Shown here: one piece after another, positions 10,075 to 19,276 of the stretch
Position numbering within the stretch: the first letter of the stretch is position 1
Layout: each line of letters opens with the position of its first letter
Assembly: GCA_024275165.1 (NCBI GenBank)
Contig: JAJRZQ010000036.1
Span: 16,293-80,292, forward strand
Reading direction: 5' to 3'
DNA: 64,000 nt
Origin: a bacterium
GTDB lineage: Bacteria > SAR324 > XYD2-FULL-50-16
Notes under the pieces: generated by a model
What the model was told of the DNA's origin: nothing
The model's database searches: none
What the model saw: only the letters and a program-made list of their open reading frames with translations
Translations under genes and position numbers: made by a program

Positions 10075-11627
10075 GCGAATTTTTGATTTTGCAATACACC
10101 GACGCGCATGGTCGTTATCTAAGCCATTTGCCGCAAGATCAAGCCATTCGCTTAAAAGGGCTGGACCGACTTTCGACCTATTTGCGACCGGTTCGAGCAA
10201 GCAGAACCGAATACCTGCTCATCGACAATGGAGACAGCATTCAAGGCCAGCCTCTCGTTGATCTATGGCAGCCCCCTCCAATCGACGATCCTCGATTGGA
10301 TCACCCCTTAAACTTGCTTCATCGCGCTTTGGGGGTGCACGCCTTTGTTTTGGGGAATCACGAGTTCAACTTTGGGCTACAGCGACTCCAGGAAATTCAA
10401 GCCCATAGCCAGGTCCAATGGCTCGGGGCCAATATTTTACAAGAGGGGCAACTCGTTTACGACGCCTATGGAATCTTTGAGCGAGAAGGGGTCAAAATCG
10501 GGGTTTTGGGACTGATCACCGAATTCGTTCCCAAATGGGAGCCAACCCAAGCCTTAAAAAGCCTCACCTTTGCCAATGTGATCCAAACCGCAAGGCACTG
10601 GATCCCTAAAATCAGAGAAGAATGCGACCTCTTGGTGGTTTCATACCACGGTGGATTGAATACCAACCCCGTCACGGGGGAAAAGCTCGGGGCCCTTTCC
10701 TTAGAAAATCAAGGTTGCGAACTTTGGGAAGAATTCCCCCAAATAGATATACTTCTCACCGGGCACCAGCACCGTCAAATCTTAACCGACCCGGCGGACA
10801 AAGCCCTCTTGGCCCAAGCCTCTTGTCAGGGGCGTTGTTGGGCAGAGGTGTGGGTGACCCCCCGCCCCTTAATCCAGGTTGCGGGGCAAATCGTGCAAGC
10901 CCAAGATTACGACCCCGACCCGGCGCTTGCCGAATTGCTGCTGCCCAATCTAAAACGCAACGAGAGCTACCTCTCGCAAGTATTGGGCTACGCCGAGCCC
11001 AACTTCCAAATCAGCGACCCCATGACCGAGGTATGGATCCAAAAACACGCCTTGATCCAATGGATCAACGACTTGATGCTCCAGGCGACCGGAGCGGATA
11101 TCGCGGCTAGCTCGCTTTTAGACGCAGAGGTCAAGGGCCTGCCGAGCAAGGTGACCATGCAGGATGTCTTAACCACCTATTTCTTTCAAGATTCTCTTTG
11201 CGTCCTCAAAATAACCGGAGAAATCCTCCAACAAGCCTTAGAGCAGGCCGCCAGCTTTTTTAGCTGCCCCCGGGGGGCAACAAGCTTGGCGGATCTAAGT
11301 GTCAATCCCGCTTGGGGTGACTCGCGGGTCAAAAGTTACAACTATGATTTTTTTGAAGGAATCCGCTACAGCTTCAACCTCTCCAAACCTGTGGGGCAGC
11401 GAGTCACAGAGCTTTTCTTTCAAGAAAAGGAGGTCAAGAAAGAAGACTCCTTCCGCTTGGCCCTAACCACCTACCGGGCAGGCGGCGGGTTTTACGAAAT
11501 GTATGGCCCCCACCTCATCGTGGAGGAATTGTCGGTCAAGATCACCGACTTGATGGCCGAGGACTTAAAAGCCAAGGGAACCCTTCATATTCAACCCATT
11601 CAAAATTTCCAACTTCTTTTTTCATGA
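10071..11627 (+). CDS. Bifunctional 5'-nucleotidase / 2',3'-cyclic phosphodiesterase family, no signal peptide
   Basis: TDAHG, DNGDSIQG, GNHEFNFG, YHGG, GHQH; TTG start with AGGAG RBS overlapping the PHP stop. Confidence 0.88.
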   Translation: MSEFLILQYTDAHGRYLSHLPQDQAIRLKGLDRLSTYLRPVRASRTEYLLIDNGDSIQGQPLVDLWQPPPIDDPRLDHPLNLLHRALGVHAFVLGNHEFNFGLQRLQEIQAHSQVQWLGANILQEGQLVYDAYGIFEREGVKIGVLGLITEFVPKWEPTQALKSLTFANVIQTARHWIPKIREECDLLVVSYHGGLNTNPVTGEKLGALSLENQGCELWEEFPQIDILLTGHQHRQILTDPADKALLAQASCQGRCWAEVWVTPRPLIQVAGQIVQAQDYDPDPALAELLLPNLKRNESYLSQVLGYAEPNFQISDPMTEVWIQKHALIQWINDLMLQATGADIAASSLLDAEVKGLPSKVTMQDVLTTYFFQDSLCVLKITGEILQQALEQAASFFSCPRGATSLADLSVNPAWGDSRVKSYNYDFFEGIRYSFNLSKPVGQRVTELFFQEKEVKKEDSFRLALTTYRAGGGFYEMYGPHLIVEELSVKITDLMAEDLKAKGTLHIQPIQNFQLLFS

Positions 11628-11881
11628 GCGAACTCATTCATCAACTCGATAGCGCGGCAGGGCGAAGCCTCAAAGACAAACTGAAGGATTTTTTAGGGGT
11701 TCACCCCTTGGAGCTGGCCCTTCAAGATGGAGGGGTATTGCAGGGCATTGTCTCAGAAATCGGCACAGACTACATTCAAGTCATTGAGACAAATGGAGAG
11801 GAACGGCTCATCGCCCTGACAGCCCTCTTGTGGGTCAAGCCCATTCAAACCAACAAGCCACCCCTCAAACTAGGCTTTTAA
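11624..11881 (+). CDS. Small hypothetical protein, possible Sm/LSm-like fold
   Basis: ATGA-coupled to the upstream gene; LELALQDGGVLQGIVSEIGTDYIQV. Confidence 0.55.
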   Translation: MSELIHQLDSAAGRSLKDKLKDFLGVHPLELALQDGGVLQGIVSEIGTDYIQVIETNGEERLIALTALLWVKPIQTNKPPLKLGF

Positions 11882-12190
11882 ATCAATATGCCGCACCCCC
11901 ATCCAACGATCCCGGAGCCAAAGACTCCCCAAGGTAAGCACCCCGGGTAAAAGCATAAAAAACATCAAGGCCAGCCAAAACCGATGCTCTGTCGCCCCCC
12001 CAAGCCAACAAAAATACGCTTGAAACCCGCCTTTAGGAGGAATCGCCAAGAGGCGGGAAAGCAGTTCTTCAACAAAGGCAAAGGCGTTGACGCAGCCGCT
12101 CCCCGGCCCCTTCACCCAACCGTAGAGCCAAATCGCGCTGCCCCAAAGCAGGTAAACGAACAAAAAAAGTATTGGCCTGGGAAGTTTCAC
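11870..12190 (-). CDS. Small membrane protein
   Basis: GTG start 1 nt after the Sel1 gene stop; two hydrophobic segments. Confidence 0.55.
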   Translation of the reverse strand: MKLPRPILFLFVYLLWGSAIWLYGWVKGPGSGCVNAFAFVEELLSRLLAIPPKGGFQAYFCWLGGATEHRFWLALMFFMLLPGVLTLGSLWLRDRWMGVRHIDLKA

Positions 12191-12191
12191 C

Positions 12192-13607
12192 TCACCTCTT
12201 TTGGTGCAGATTACTCCAAACCCCACTGGCATCCAAATACCCCTCGATCCCCGGTGGCAAGGCAAGCGCTCCCTTAAAGCTCGCCCCTTCCAATTTGACT
12301 TCCAATAAAAGGGTTTGCTGTAAATCCGCCCCCTCAAAGCGGGCTCCCTTAAAGTCCACCCGCTCAAAACGGGCTTGGGTCAAGCTCGCCCGATCCAGAA
12401 AGGCCCCCTGAAAATCCGCCTCTAGGGCGACCGCTTGGACCAGCTTCACTCCCGTCATCCGGCTGCGGTTAAAACGGGTAAAGTGCAACTTGGTTTGGCT
12501 TAAATCGGCAAAACTCAGGTTGGCTCCATCAAACTCCGCCCAAGAGAGGTCCGCGCCCATAAAGTTAGCCCCCGTAAGCTTAAAGGGTTTAAAATTGAGG
12601 TAGGTCAGATTCAAGCCGCTCAAGTCTTCCCCGCTAAAATCAATCTGTTCTTTGTGTCGCTCGACTTGGCGCATTAGGTTTCTCAACGACTTTCTCGCCG
12701 CGTCCCCGCCACCGGCACGCAGGGCTTTAAAATACCATCGCGCCGCCGCGCGGTGATCCTCGTTCACCCCCTTGCCCACCTGATAGAACCAACCGATCTG
12801 CAATTGAGCCGGGTAGTACTCTTGGGTTGCCGCCTTTTGATACCAACTCATCGCCTCGTCCAGATCCAAGGCGAACCCCTCTCCACTTTCAAACATTTTG
12901 CCCAAGCGGGTTTGCGCCTGAGGATTCGTTTGCCTGGCCGCCAGCAAATACCACTTGGCCGCTAAGGATAGATCCCGCGAGGTGCCCACCCCGATTTCAT
13001 AGAGCCTGCCTAAGTTGGCCTGCGCCCGAGCGTAACTTTGGTTGGCCGCCTCCTGATACAGGGCAAAGGCTTTTTTCGGTGAGGGAGTAACCCCTTGCCC
13101 GGTTTGGTATAAAATTCCCAAGTTGTTTTGCGCCCTGGCAAAACCCTGCTCCGCCGCGTCGCGGTAAAGCTCGACCGCTTGCCGCAAGTCCACTACCGTT
13201 CCTAAGCCCACTTCATACATATAGCCGAGGTTGGTTTGAGCAATCGGATCGTCATCCTCTGCCAATTCCCGCAATTTAGGGATGGCTTTACGAAAGAGTT
13301 CCGCTGCCTTTTGCTCGTTTTTTTCTACCCCCTGACCTTTTAAATAGAGCAGCCCCAGATTGTATAATCCGATGGGGTTTTCTTGCGCCGCGGAGCGACG
13401 CAACCAAGGGAGCGCGGCACCCAGAACCCTGGTTCCCGTCTCACCTCGACGCAAACTCCCCCCTAAAACCCCTTGATAATAAGAATCGCCCCCTCGAGCT
13501 CTGAGGGTGATTTCTTGAAAGTCGGTTCCGCTACCGGAAATTAAAGGCTCCGTACCCGAACAAGCGAACAAAAAAACCAAACTAAATAAAACAAATAAGG
13601 CTTTCAT
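12192..13607 (-). CDS. Lipoprotein with Sel1-like repeats and C-terminal pentapeptide repeats
   Basis: Lipobox LFAC; repeated AQxNLGxxYxxGxG; ANFMGADLSWAEFDGANLSFADLS. Confidence 0.9.
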   Translation of the reverse strand: MKALFVLFSLVFLFACSGTEPLISGSGTDFQEITLRARGGDSYYQGVLGGSLRRGETGTRVLGAALPWLRRSAAQENPIGLYNLGLLYLKGQGVEKNEQKAAELFRKAIPKLRELAEDDDPIAQTNLGYMYEVGLGTVVDLRQAVELYRDAAEQGFARAQNNLGILYQTGQGVTPSPKKAFALYQEAANQSYARAQANLGRLYEIGVGTSRDLSLAAKWYLLAARQTNPQAQTRLGKMFESGEGFALDLDEAMSWYQKAATQEYYPAQLQIGWFYQVGKGVNEDHRAAARWYFKALRAGGGDAARKSLRNLMRQVERHKEQIDFSGEDLSGLNLTYLNFKPFKLTGANFMGADLSWAEFDGANLSFADLSQTKLHFTRFNRSRMTGVKLVQAVALEADFQGAFLDRASLTQARFERVDFKGARFEGADLQQTLLLEVKLEGASFKGALALPPGIEGYLDASGVWSNLHQKR

Positions 13608-13714
13608 TTCTTTTCCATTCAATGAACGATCTCCTTGGTTCTATAACCTGCCAAGGAGTACGGTCAACGCAATTCCCCCGGTACAACTCAAACAAAAAAC
13701 GCAAAAGGGCTGAA

Positions 13715-13740
13715 GGAAGCTCTGAAAATGCGGAGGTTCC
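13715..13740. mobile_element. Short remnant of the MITE end
   Basis: GGAAGCTCTGAAAATGCGGAGGTTCC matches the start of the 54139 copy. Confidence 0.6.
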
Positions 13741-13782
13741 TTCAGTTGAATTATTAACCCGGCGGGTATAGGGTTCCTGAGG

Positions 13783-13841
13783 TTAAAAAACTACTGGGGT
13801 CTGGGGCTCTCAGCCCCAGCCTGCGGAGCATGTTAAAATAG
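13783..13841. repeat. 59-bp REP-like repeat, copy A
   Basis: 55/59 identical to the reverse complement of 21211-21269; hairpin CTGGGGCT-CTC-AGCCCCAG. Confidence 0.85.
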
Positions 13842-13985
13842 GCTTCAAAACAAAATAACCCTCCAATATAGGGTGTTGCTCCAATAGCCTGAGCGAGGAT
13901 CTCATGCTAACCTTGAACCGCTTACTTGTGAGGCCTGCAACCCGTTTCCGGCCCCTGAACTCAACCCCCTTTTATCGGCTTCTTC

Positions 13986-15323
13986 ATGCCCAGCCCAGAA
14001 ACCACAACTTCCACCCCCCCAGAAGAAGTTGCCCCTGCCCCCGAAACAGAACAAAAAACCAAGCAGGAAACCCATTCCGATACGGAAGGGTTCATGACCA
14101 GCCTGAAAGAGGCCAGCGACTTCCCCTTGCCGCAAACCAATCCTTCTTGGCTGGTCCCCCTAGGGGATAAGGGGAAAAAAACTCGAAGTTTATTGGCTTT
14201 CCTGCATAAAAAAGAAGTCTCCAGCGAGCGTTTGCAACAATTGGCTCAATTGAGCAAGGTCGCCGCGGGCAAAGCTTTAGTCGAGGTGCAAAACCTTTTA
14301 AAGCAATACCCAAATAGCCCGGACCTCTATATTTTAGCGGCGATCTGCAAACAAAGGAATATCGCCATGTCCAGCGCCAGTCCGAAAGCGACCCTGAACG
14401 GGCTCAAGGGGGCCACCTTAGATGCCGCCAAGGCCTTGTCTTCTCCTGGAGGGCTCACCATCGGCAACCTCGATAAATTTTTGCAGATCTATAGCGTTTA
14501 CTTTGAACGGCTCAAGCGCTCTCTGGAAAAAACCAAACAACTGCTCCGAAACCTGCCCCAAAACAGGGATCGACAAGCAGCCACCGAGGCCTTCAACCAG
14601 GCTACGCAGACCTACGATTACCTCATCGAGCAACAAAAAAAAGCGAAACTCATCTACGATTTTTTAAAAAAAATCTTTTCTAAATCCAGCCAGCGGAATA
14701 TTCGCTTTGAATATCATGCGGTACTGGAGGCAGTGCATGCCGTCATGCAGGGAGAGGTTAAAAATCCAGTCCTCTACGGCAGCGCCCAAGAGGTGACCGA
14801 TCATGTCTATTACCTGCTCCTCTGCCTCGCTCACATCCCTTTACTCGAACCGCTTACCGAGCATTATCACAGCCTCTACGAGCAAAGCCATGTTTCCATG
14901 CAGGCGCGTTGGACCGCCATCCAACACCGCCGTGTTTTACACCTTTACCACCAAAGTCTGGCGCAGGGGAAAAAAGAAGAGATTCAAAAAATAGCGCGTC
15001 GGCTTTTTGATTTAAATTACACGGTGGTCAAAAAACTTTCGGGGAACCCCTTAAAAAAAGACTTTGAATTTGAAGCTTTTTTAAACCTCGGAAGGGTCAC
15101 TCTCTTAGTCTTTCAATACTTCCCTTCCGACATGCAAAAAAAGATGTTCAACATGGCGCAGGGGGCCTTGGAACTCTGCATTAAGAGCGACGCCAGCGCG
15201 AAGGGGAACAAAAGCCAGCTCGCGATTGACCTAACCAATCTCTTAAACCAAAGCCTGCAACTAGATCGCGAAAAGGAAAACGACCCCCCCCCAACCACCG
15301 AAACGGAGACCAGCCCAACCTAA
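13986..15323 (+). CDS. Hypothetical alpha-helical (TPR-like) protein
   Basis: 445-aa ORF with acidic Pro/Thr termini; TPR-like LLKQYPNSPDLYILAA. Confidence 0.7.
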   Translation: MPSPETTTSTPPEEVAPAPETEQKTKQETHSDTEGFMTSLKEASDFPLPQTNPSWLVPLGDKGKKTRSLLAFLHKKEVSSERLQQLAQLSKVAAGKALVEVQNLLKQYPNSPDLYILAAICKQRNIAMSSASPKATLNGLKGATLDAAKALSSPGGLTIGNLDKFLQIYSVYFERLKRSLEKTKQLLRNLPQNRDRQAATEAFNQATQTYDYLIEQQKKAKLIYDFLKKIFSKSSQRNIRFEYHAVLEAVHAVMQGEVKNPVLYGSAQEVTDHVYYLLLCLAHIPLLEPLTEHYHSLYEQSHVSMQARWTAIQHRRVLHLYHQSLAQGKKEEIQKIARRLFDLNYTVVKKLSGNPLKKDFEFEAFLNLGRVTLLVFQYFPSDMQKKMFNMAQGALELCIKSDASAKGNKSQLAIDLTNLLNQSLQLDREKENDPPPTTETETSPT

Positions 15324-15967
15324 GGCTGGCGGCTTCTTTCTAAGAGTTGCAACAAGCGGGGAATCTCGATCACCTGCCAGTTTTCTTCATTATGGCGCAG
15401 CAAAAGCTCAATCTCTAAGGGGTTTTTTGCCCCAGGGGGGAGCATTTTGATCCAGAGGCTCGCTTTTTTTTCTTTTTCTTTCGTCTCGATCAGCCCCGCA
15501 AAGCGCCATTTTCGAGCGGAGAATTGATGGAGCAGCATGGCAGGGTCGCCCGCGGGCAAATTGCGCAATTCTGTATGTTGCACCCAAGCCAAAAGGCTGC
15601 GTTTCGCGTCAGGTAAGAGTTGAATAATCGGCCGACTCTGAATTTGCCTTGCCGCGGCCTCGCCGATCCAGGTTTTCGCATCGGGGTTGCGTTGCACCTC
15701 TAAGTAAAAGCTATTCAGTATTTCATCGAGGTCAACCGATTCGGCAAACAAGCTTGCGTTTTGTTTTTCCAAAGCTTTGTTGACTAAGCTTAAAGCCCGT
15801 TGGGGGCTGGTGTAGACATACACAACAAACATCGCTACCCCAATAAACATGGGAATCAGCATCGCCGCGATGATCATCCATAGGGGAAGTTTATCCCCCC
15901 TCTCGTTGGAAGTTGATTTATTTGGTCTATTGCTTTTTTTAAGTTTTCCGGTTTGTTTCTTAGCCAT
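15320..15967 (-). CDS. Membrane-anchored protein, DUF2939-like
   Basis: TM followed by SPQRAL...FAESVDLDEI and C-terminal LRHNEENWQVIEI. Confidence 0.55.
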   Translation of the reverse strand: MAKKQTGKLKKSNRPNKSTSNERGDKLPLWMIIAAMLIPMFIGVAMFVVYVYTSPQRALSLVNKALEKQNASLFAESVDLDEILNSFYLEVQRNPDAKTWIGEAAARQIQSRPIIQLLPDAKRSLLAWVQHTELRNLPAGDPAMLLHQFSARKWRFAGLIETKEKEKKASLWIKMLPPGAKNPLEIELLLRHNEENWQVIEIPRLLQLLERSRQP

Positions 15968-16088
15968 GTAATTTCATTGAGGTTAAGGCAGTTGAAAAAA
16001 AATTTGTATTTGGTTTGTAAAACAAATTACACTTTCATCCTTGCTCAAAGTAGGTTAAATTTAGGTTAACAACCTCCTCTTCAACAAG

Positions 16089-17888
16089 ATGAACATCAGC
16101 CTACGCAAAAAAATTCTCATTGTCTCCCTGATCACAAGCTTGATCGTCTTGACTTTGATTTTCTTTGCCATCGCATCATATCATGGGATGCTGCGCATCC
16201 ACGACCTTTGGCACAAGCATGAAAATATCCATGCCAGCGCTACCCTGCAACTCAGTGGAATCAATCGCCAATTGGGCTATGGGGGAATGATCCACAATTT
16301 GAAAAACTTTATCTTAAGAAAAGACCCAAGTCTCGTCCCCAAAATCGAAAAAAACTTTCGCCAAATCGACCAACACCTACGCTACCTGCGCCAGATCGCT
16401 CTTTTGCGCAATGAAAAATATTCCCTACAAAAAATCGAACAGACCTTAAAACAGTATCGAAAAAGCTTTGCCTTGACTCAGGTCTTAGTCCGTAAAAACC
16501 TCTCCCCCCAAGAGATCGACCAACAAGTCAAGGTGGATGACCGTTATGCCAACCAGGCCCTAGATGCTTTAACCGACAGCATTGTCGCCCTGAGTCTAAT
16601 GCATCAAGAAGAGTCGGAAAAAGTCCTCCGTCAGGCTGTTTTTCTTTCCATCCTGCTTTTTTTTCTCATTCCCCCAATTGGAGGAATGGGGGTGTATCTG
16701 ATCTACAACCTCAGCCTCACTTCAAAGGCCAACGAAAAAGCGCAAGTCGCGGCCGAAACCAAAAATCGATTTTTGGCCAATATGAGTCATGAGATCCGCA
16801 CCCCGTTAAATTCCATGATCGGGATGACCAATCTACTCTATAAAACACCCTTAAACCCGATGCAGGTAAAATATCTAACCTCGGTACGCAAAGAGGCGCA
16901 GAATCTTTTGGGTCTGCTCAACGACATCTTGGATATTTCCAAACTGGAGCAGCAAAAAATGCAACTCCAAACCGTTCATTTCAATTTGCAAGAACTGGCT
17001 CAAGAGGTGATGGATTCTTTTTTAAGCGAATCCCATCGCCAAGGGTTGAAGCTGCAACTCTTTTATGACGCGGCCTTATACCCCTACCGCATCGGCGACT
17101 CGGTACGGATCCGGCAAGTGATCTACAATCTATTATCCAACGCGATTAAATTTACGACTCAAGGAGGAGTAAGCTTAACCCTCTCCGCTTTAGAAGAAAG
17201 CGCTTTGAAAATTACGATAGAAGATACGGGGAGGGGAATCCCGGAGCCTCAACAACAAGAAATCTTTAAAGCCTTTACCCAAGCGGACAACCATATCACG
17301 AAACATGGCGGAGGAACCGGTTTGGGCATGGCCCTGGTCAAGGAAATTTGCGACCTGCTCCAAGCCCGGCTCTCTTTAACCAGTGAACCGGGCAAAGGAA
17401 GCTGTTTTACCATTGAGTTGAGCTTACCGCGCAGCACCCCTTATTACCTTGCGAGCGACCCCTCTCACCTTAGCCCTTTACGAATTCTCGTTGCCGAAAC
17501 TCAAGAGGAGAGCCGCGCGCTCATCGAATTGCACCTAAGCGAAGCAGGGCACAAGGTCTTTTTTGCTCTGAATAAAGAAGAAGTGGTGGAATGCTGGAAA
17601 AACAACCCCTTCGATTTAATCTTGCTGGATATGCAGATGCCGGAAAAAAACGGTTACCAGGCGGCTAGGGCAATCCGGCGTTTAGAGGCAGAGCGGGGCG
17701 GGCACATCCCCATCATCGCCTTAACCGCAAGCGCCGTATTAAAAAACCCAGAGCAATACTTTCTCGCAGGCATTGATGACTATCTCAGCAAACCCATTGA
17801 CTTAGCTGATTTTGAAGCCAAAGCCACCAGTCTGATGCAGGCCACCCATTCCTTGGGCAATTTGCATCGCCTACAAGAAAAAAAATAA
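16089..17888 (+). CDS. Membrane hybrid histidine kinase (HisKA-HATPase-REC)
   Basis: FLANMSHEIRTPLN, NLLSNAIKFT, GGTGLG, LLDMQMP, LSKP. Confidence 0.93.
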   Translation: MNISLRKKILIVSLITSLIVLTLIFFAIASYHGMLRIHDLWHKHENIHASATLQLSGINRQLGYGGMIHNLKNFILRKDPSLVPKIEKNFRQIDQHLRYLRQIALLRNEKYSLQKIEQTLKQYRKSFALTQVLVRKNLSPQEIDQQVKVDDRYANQALDALTDSIVALSLMHQEESEKVLRQAVFLSILLFFLIPPIGGMGVYLIYNLSLTSKANEKAQVAAETKNRFLANMSHEIRTPLNSMIGMTNLLYKTPLNPMQVKYLTSVRKEAQNLLGLLNDILDISKLEQQKMQLQTVHFNLQELAQEVMDSFLSESHRQGLKLQLFYDAALYPYRIGDSVRIRQVIYNLLSNAIKFTTQGGVSLTLSALEESALKITIEDTGRGIPEPQQQEIFKAFTQADNHITKHGGGTGLGMALVKEICDLLQARLSLTSEPGKGSCFTIELSLPRSTPYYLASDPSHLSPLRILVAETQEESRALIELHLSEAGHKVFFALNKEEVVECWKNNPFDLILLDMQMPEKNGYQAARAIRRLEAERGGHIPIIALTASAVLKNPEQYFLAGIDDYLSKPIDLADFEAKATSLMQATHSLGNLHRLQEKK

Positions 17889-18035
17889 AAAAATTGATTT
17901 TGCGTTAGAAAAAACGACCTTCTCGCAGACCTAAAGAAGGGGCAGCATCCTCCATCGGGCTCATTTTCCCTATCGAGTCCTTGCTAAAGGGGAACCTCAA
18001 CCCACAAAGCGATTCCACAAAAAACCGAATACCCC

Positions 18036-19187
18036 TTAAAACTTAAAACGATCTAAGGTCTCATTGAGCAGCAGCACCTCAGCGTTCATGCTTTGCCCTA
18101 CATGATCCACCCTTAATATCTTTTCAAAAATCCCTTTCATGGCCTCTTCGTTGCTTGCCGCGTCTTGGGTCGCGCTGATGATCAACTGGCTCATGCCGTT
18201 GATCATGCCCTCTTGACGCTCCGCCGCCGCCGTCACCTTAGAGACCTCCGCGGACACCTCTAAAACTAAAGCGATAATATTGCTGAAAAATTCTTCCATA
18301 CTGCTGATCACCTTGCGCCCCTCGCCGATATTTTTTAAATTCGATTGGGCAAGCGATTCAATCTGATCCACAACTCGGGAGCTGGATTCGGCTAAGGTTT
18401 TTACTTCTCCCGCGACAACCGCGAAGCCTCGACCCGACTCCCCCGCTTTTGCGGCTTCAATCGCCGCGTTGAGAGAAAGCAGATTGGTTTTACGGGTAAT
18501 ATCGCGAATATTCGCCATGAACCCGGTCGATTCTTCAATCGCCGCAATGATATCATCCATGGACTTGCTTCCCTTATGAATCACCTCCCTCCCGCTTTGG
18601 GCAACCTGCTCGGCTTCGGTGGTCTTGATCATGACCTGCCGGATCATCTTCAGCCCCTTGGAGTTGGCGCTAAAAAAAAGTTCCGCCGAATAGGTCATCT
18701 CCGTTAACAGGGCGCTGGTCTTACTGAGCAACCCGACCACTTCTTGCGAAGTTAATTCAATAGATTGGGTCACCTGAGAGAGGTCCGCGCTCGTTTGCCC
18801 CACTAAGCTGGCCGAATGAGCCGCAGTGCGCAGCGTATCCTTTAACCCGTTGCGCATGGTCAACAAAGCGGCAATCACCCCTTTGGGGGTCTCCCCCTTT
18901 TTTAAATTAAAAGAAAAACTTAAATCCCCTGAATTGATACGATTAGCGATACTGCTGAGCTTTCCCGGTTCAGCGCCCAGTTCTTTTTGTACCAACAAGT
19001 TGAGCCGCCAAGCCAGCAGCGCGGTCAAGAAAATAAAAATTCCGGCAATCCACCAACGAGCCAAGGCAAATAACTCCCAACCGCTGGCGAAGCCCAGGAG
19101 AAACAAACCCAAAATAGCTACCAGAAAGGGCAACAAAATCGCCCTTTTCAATTGCCCTTGATGAGAGAGGATCTCTACTTTTTCCAT
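18036..19187 (-). CDS. Methyl-accepting chemotaxis protein
   Basis: Two TMs; TNLLSLNAAIEAAKAGESGRGFAVVAGEVK. Confidence 0.93.
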   Translation of the reverse strand: MEKVEILSHQGQLKRAILLPFLVAILGLFLLGFASGWELFALARWWIAGIFIFLTALLAWRLNLLVQKELGAEPGKLSSIANRINSGDLSFSFNLKKGETPKGVIAALLTMRNGLKDTLRTAAHSASLVGQTSADLSQVTQSIELTSQEVVGLLSKTSALLTEMTYSAELFFSANSKGLKMIRQVMIKTTEAEQVAQSGREVIHKGSKSMDDIIAAIEESTGFMANIRDITRKTNLLSLNAAIEAAKAGESGRGFAVVAGEVKTLAESSSRVVDQIESLAQSNLKNIGEGRKVISSMEEFFSNIIALVLEVSAEVSKVTAAAERQEGMINGMSQLIISATQDAASNEEAMKGIFEKILRVDHVGQSMNAEVLLLNETLDRFKF

Positions 19188-19276
19188 GGAGTGACTACCT
19201 TACAAATGCTTATTTAATCTCTTTATGCCATAAACCCTATTGTAGAAGCAATAGCTTTAGGCTTATATCTCTTTGT

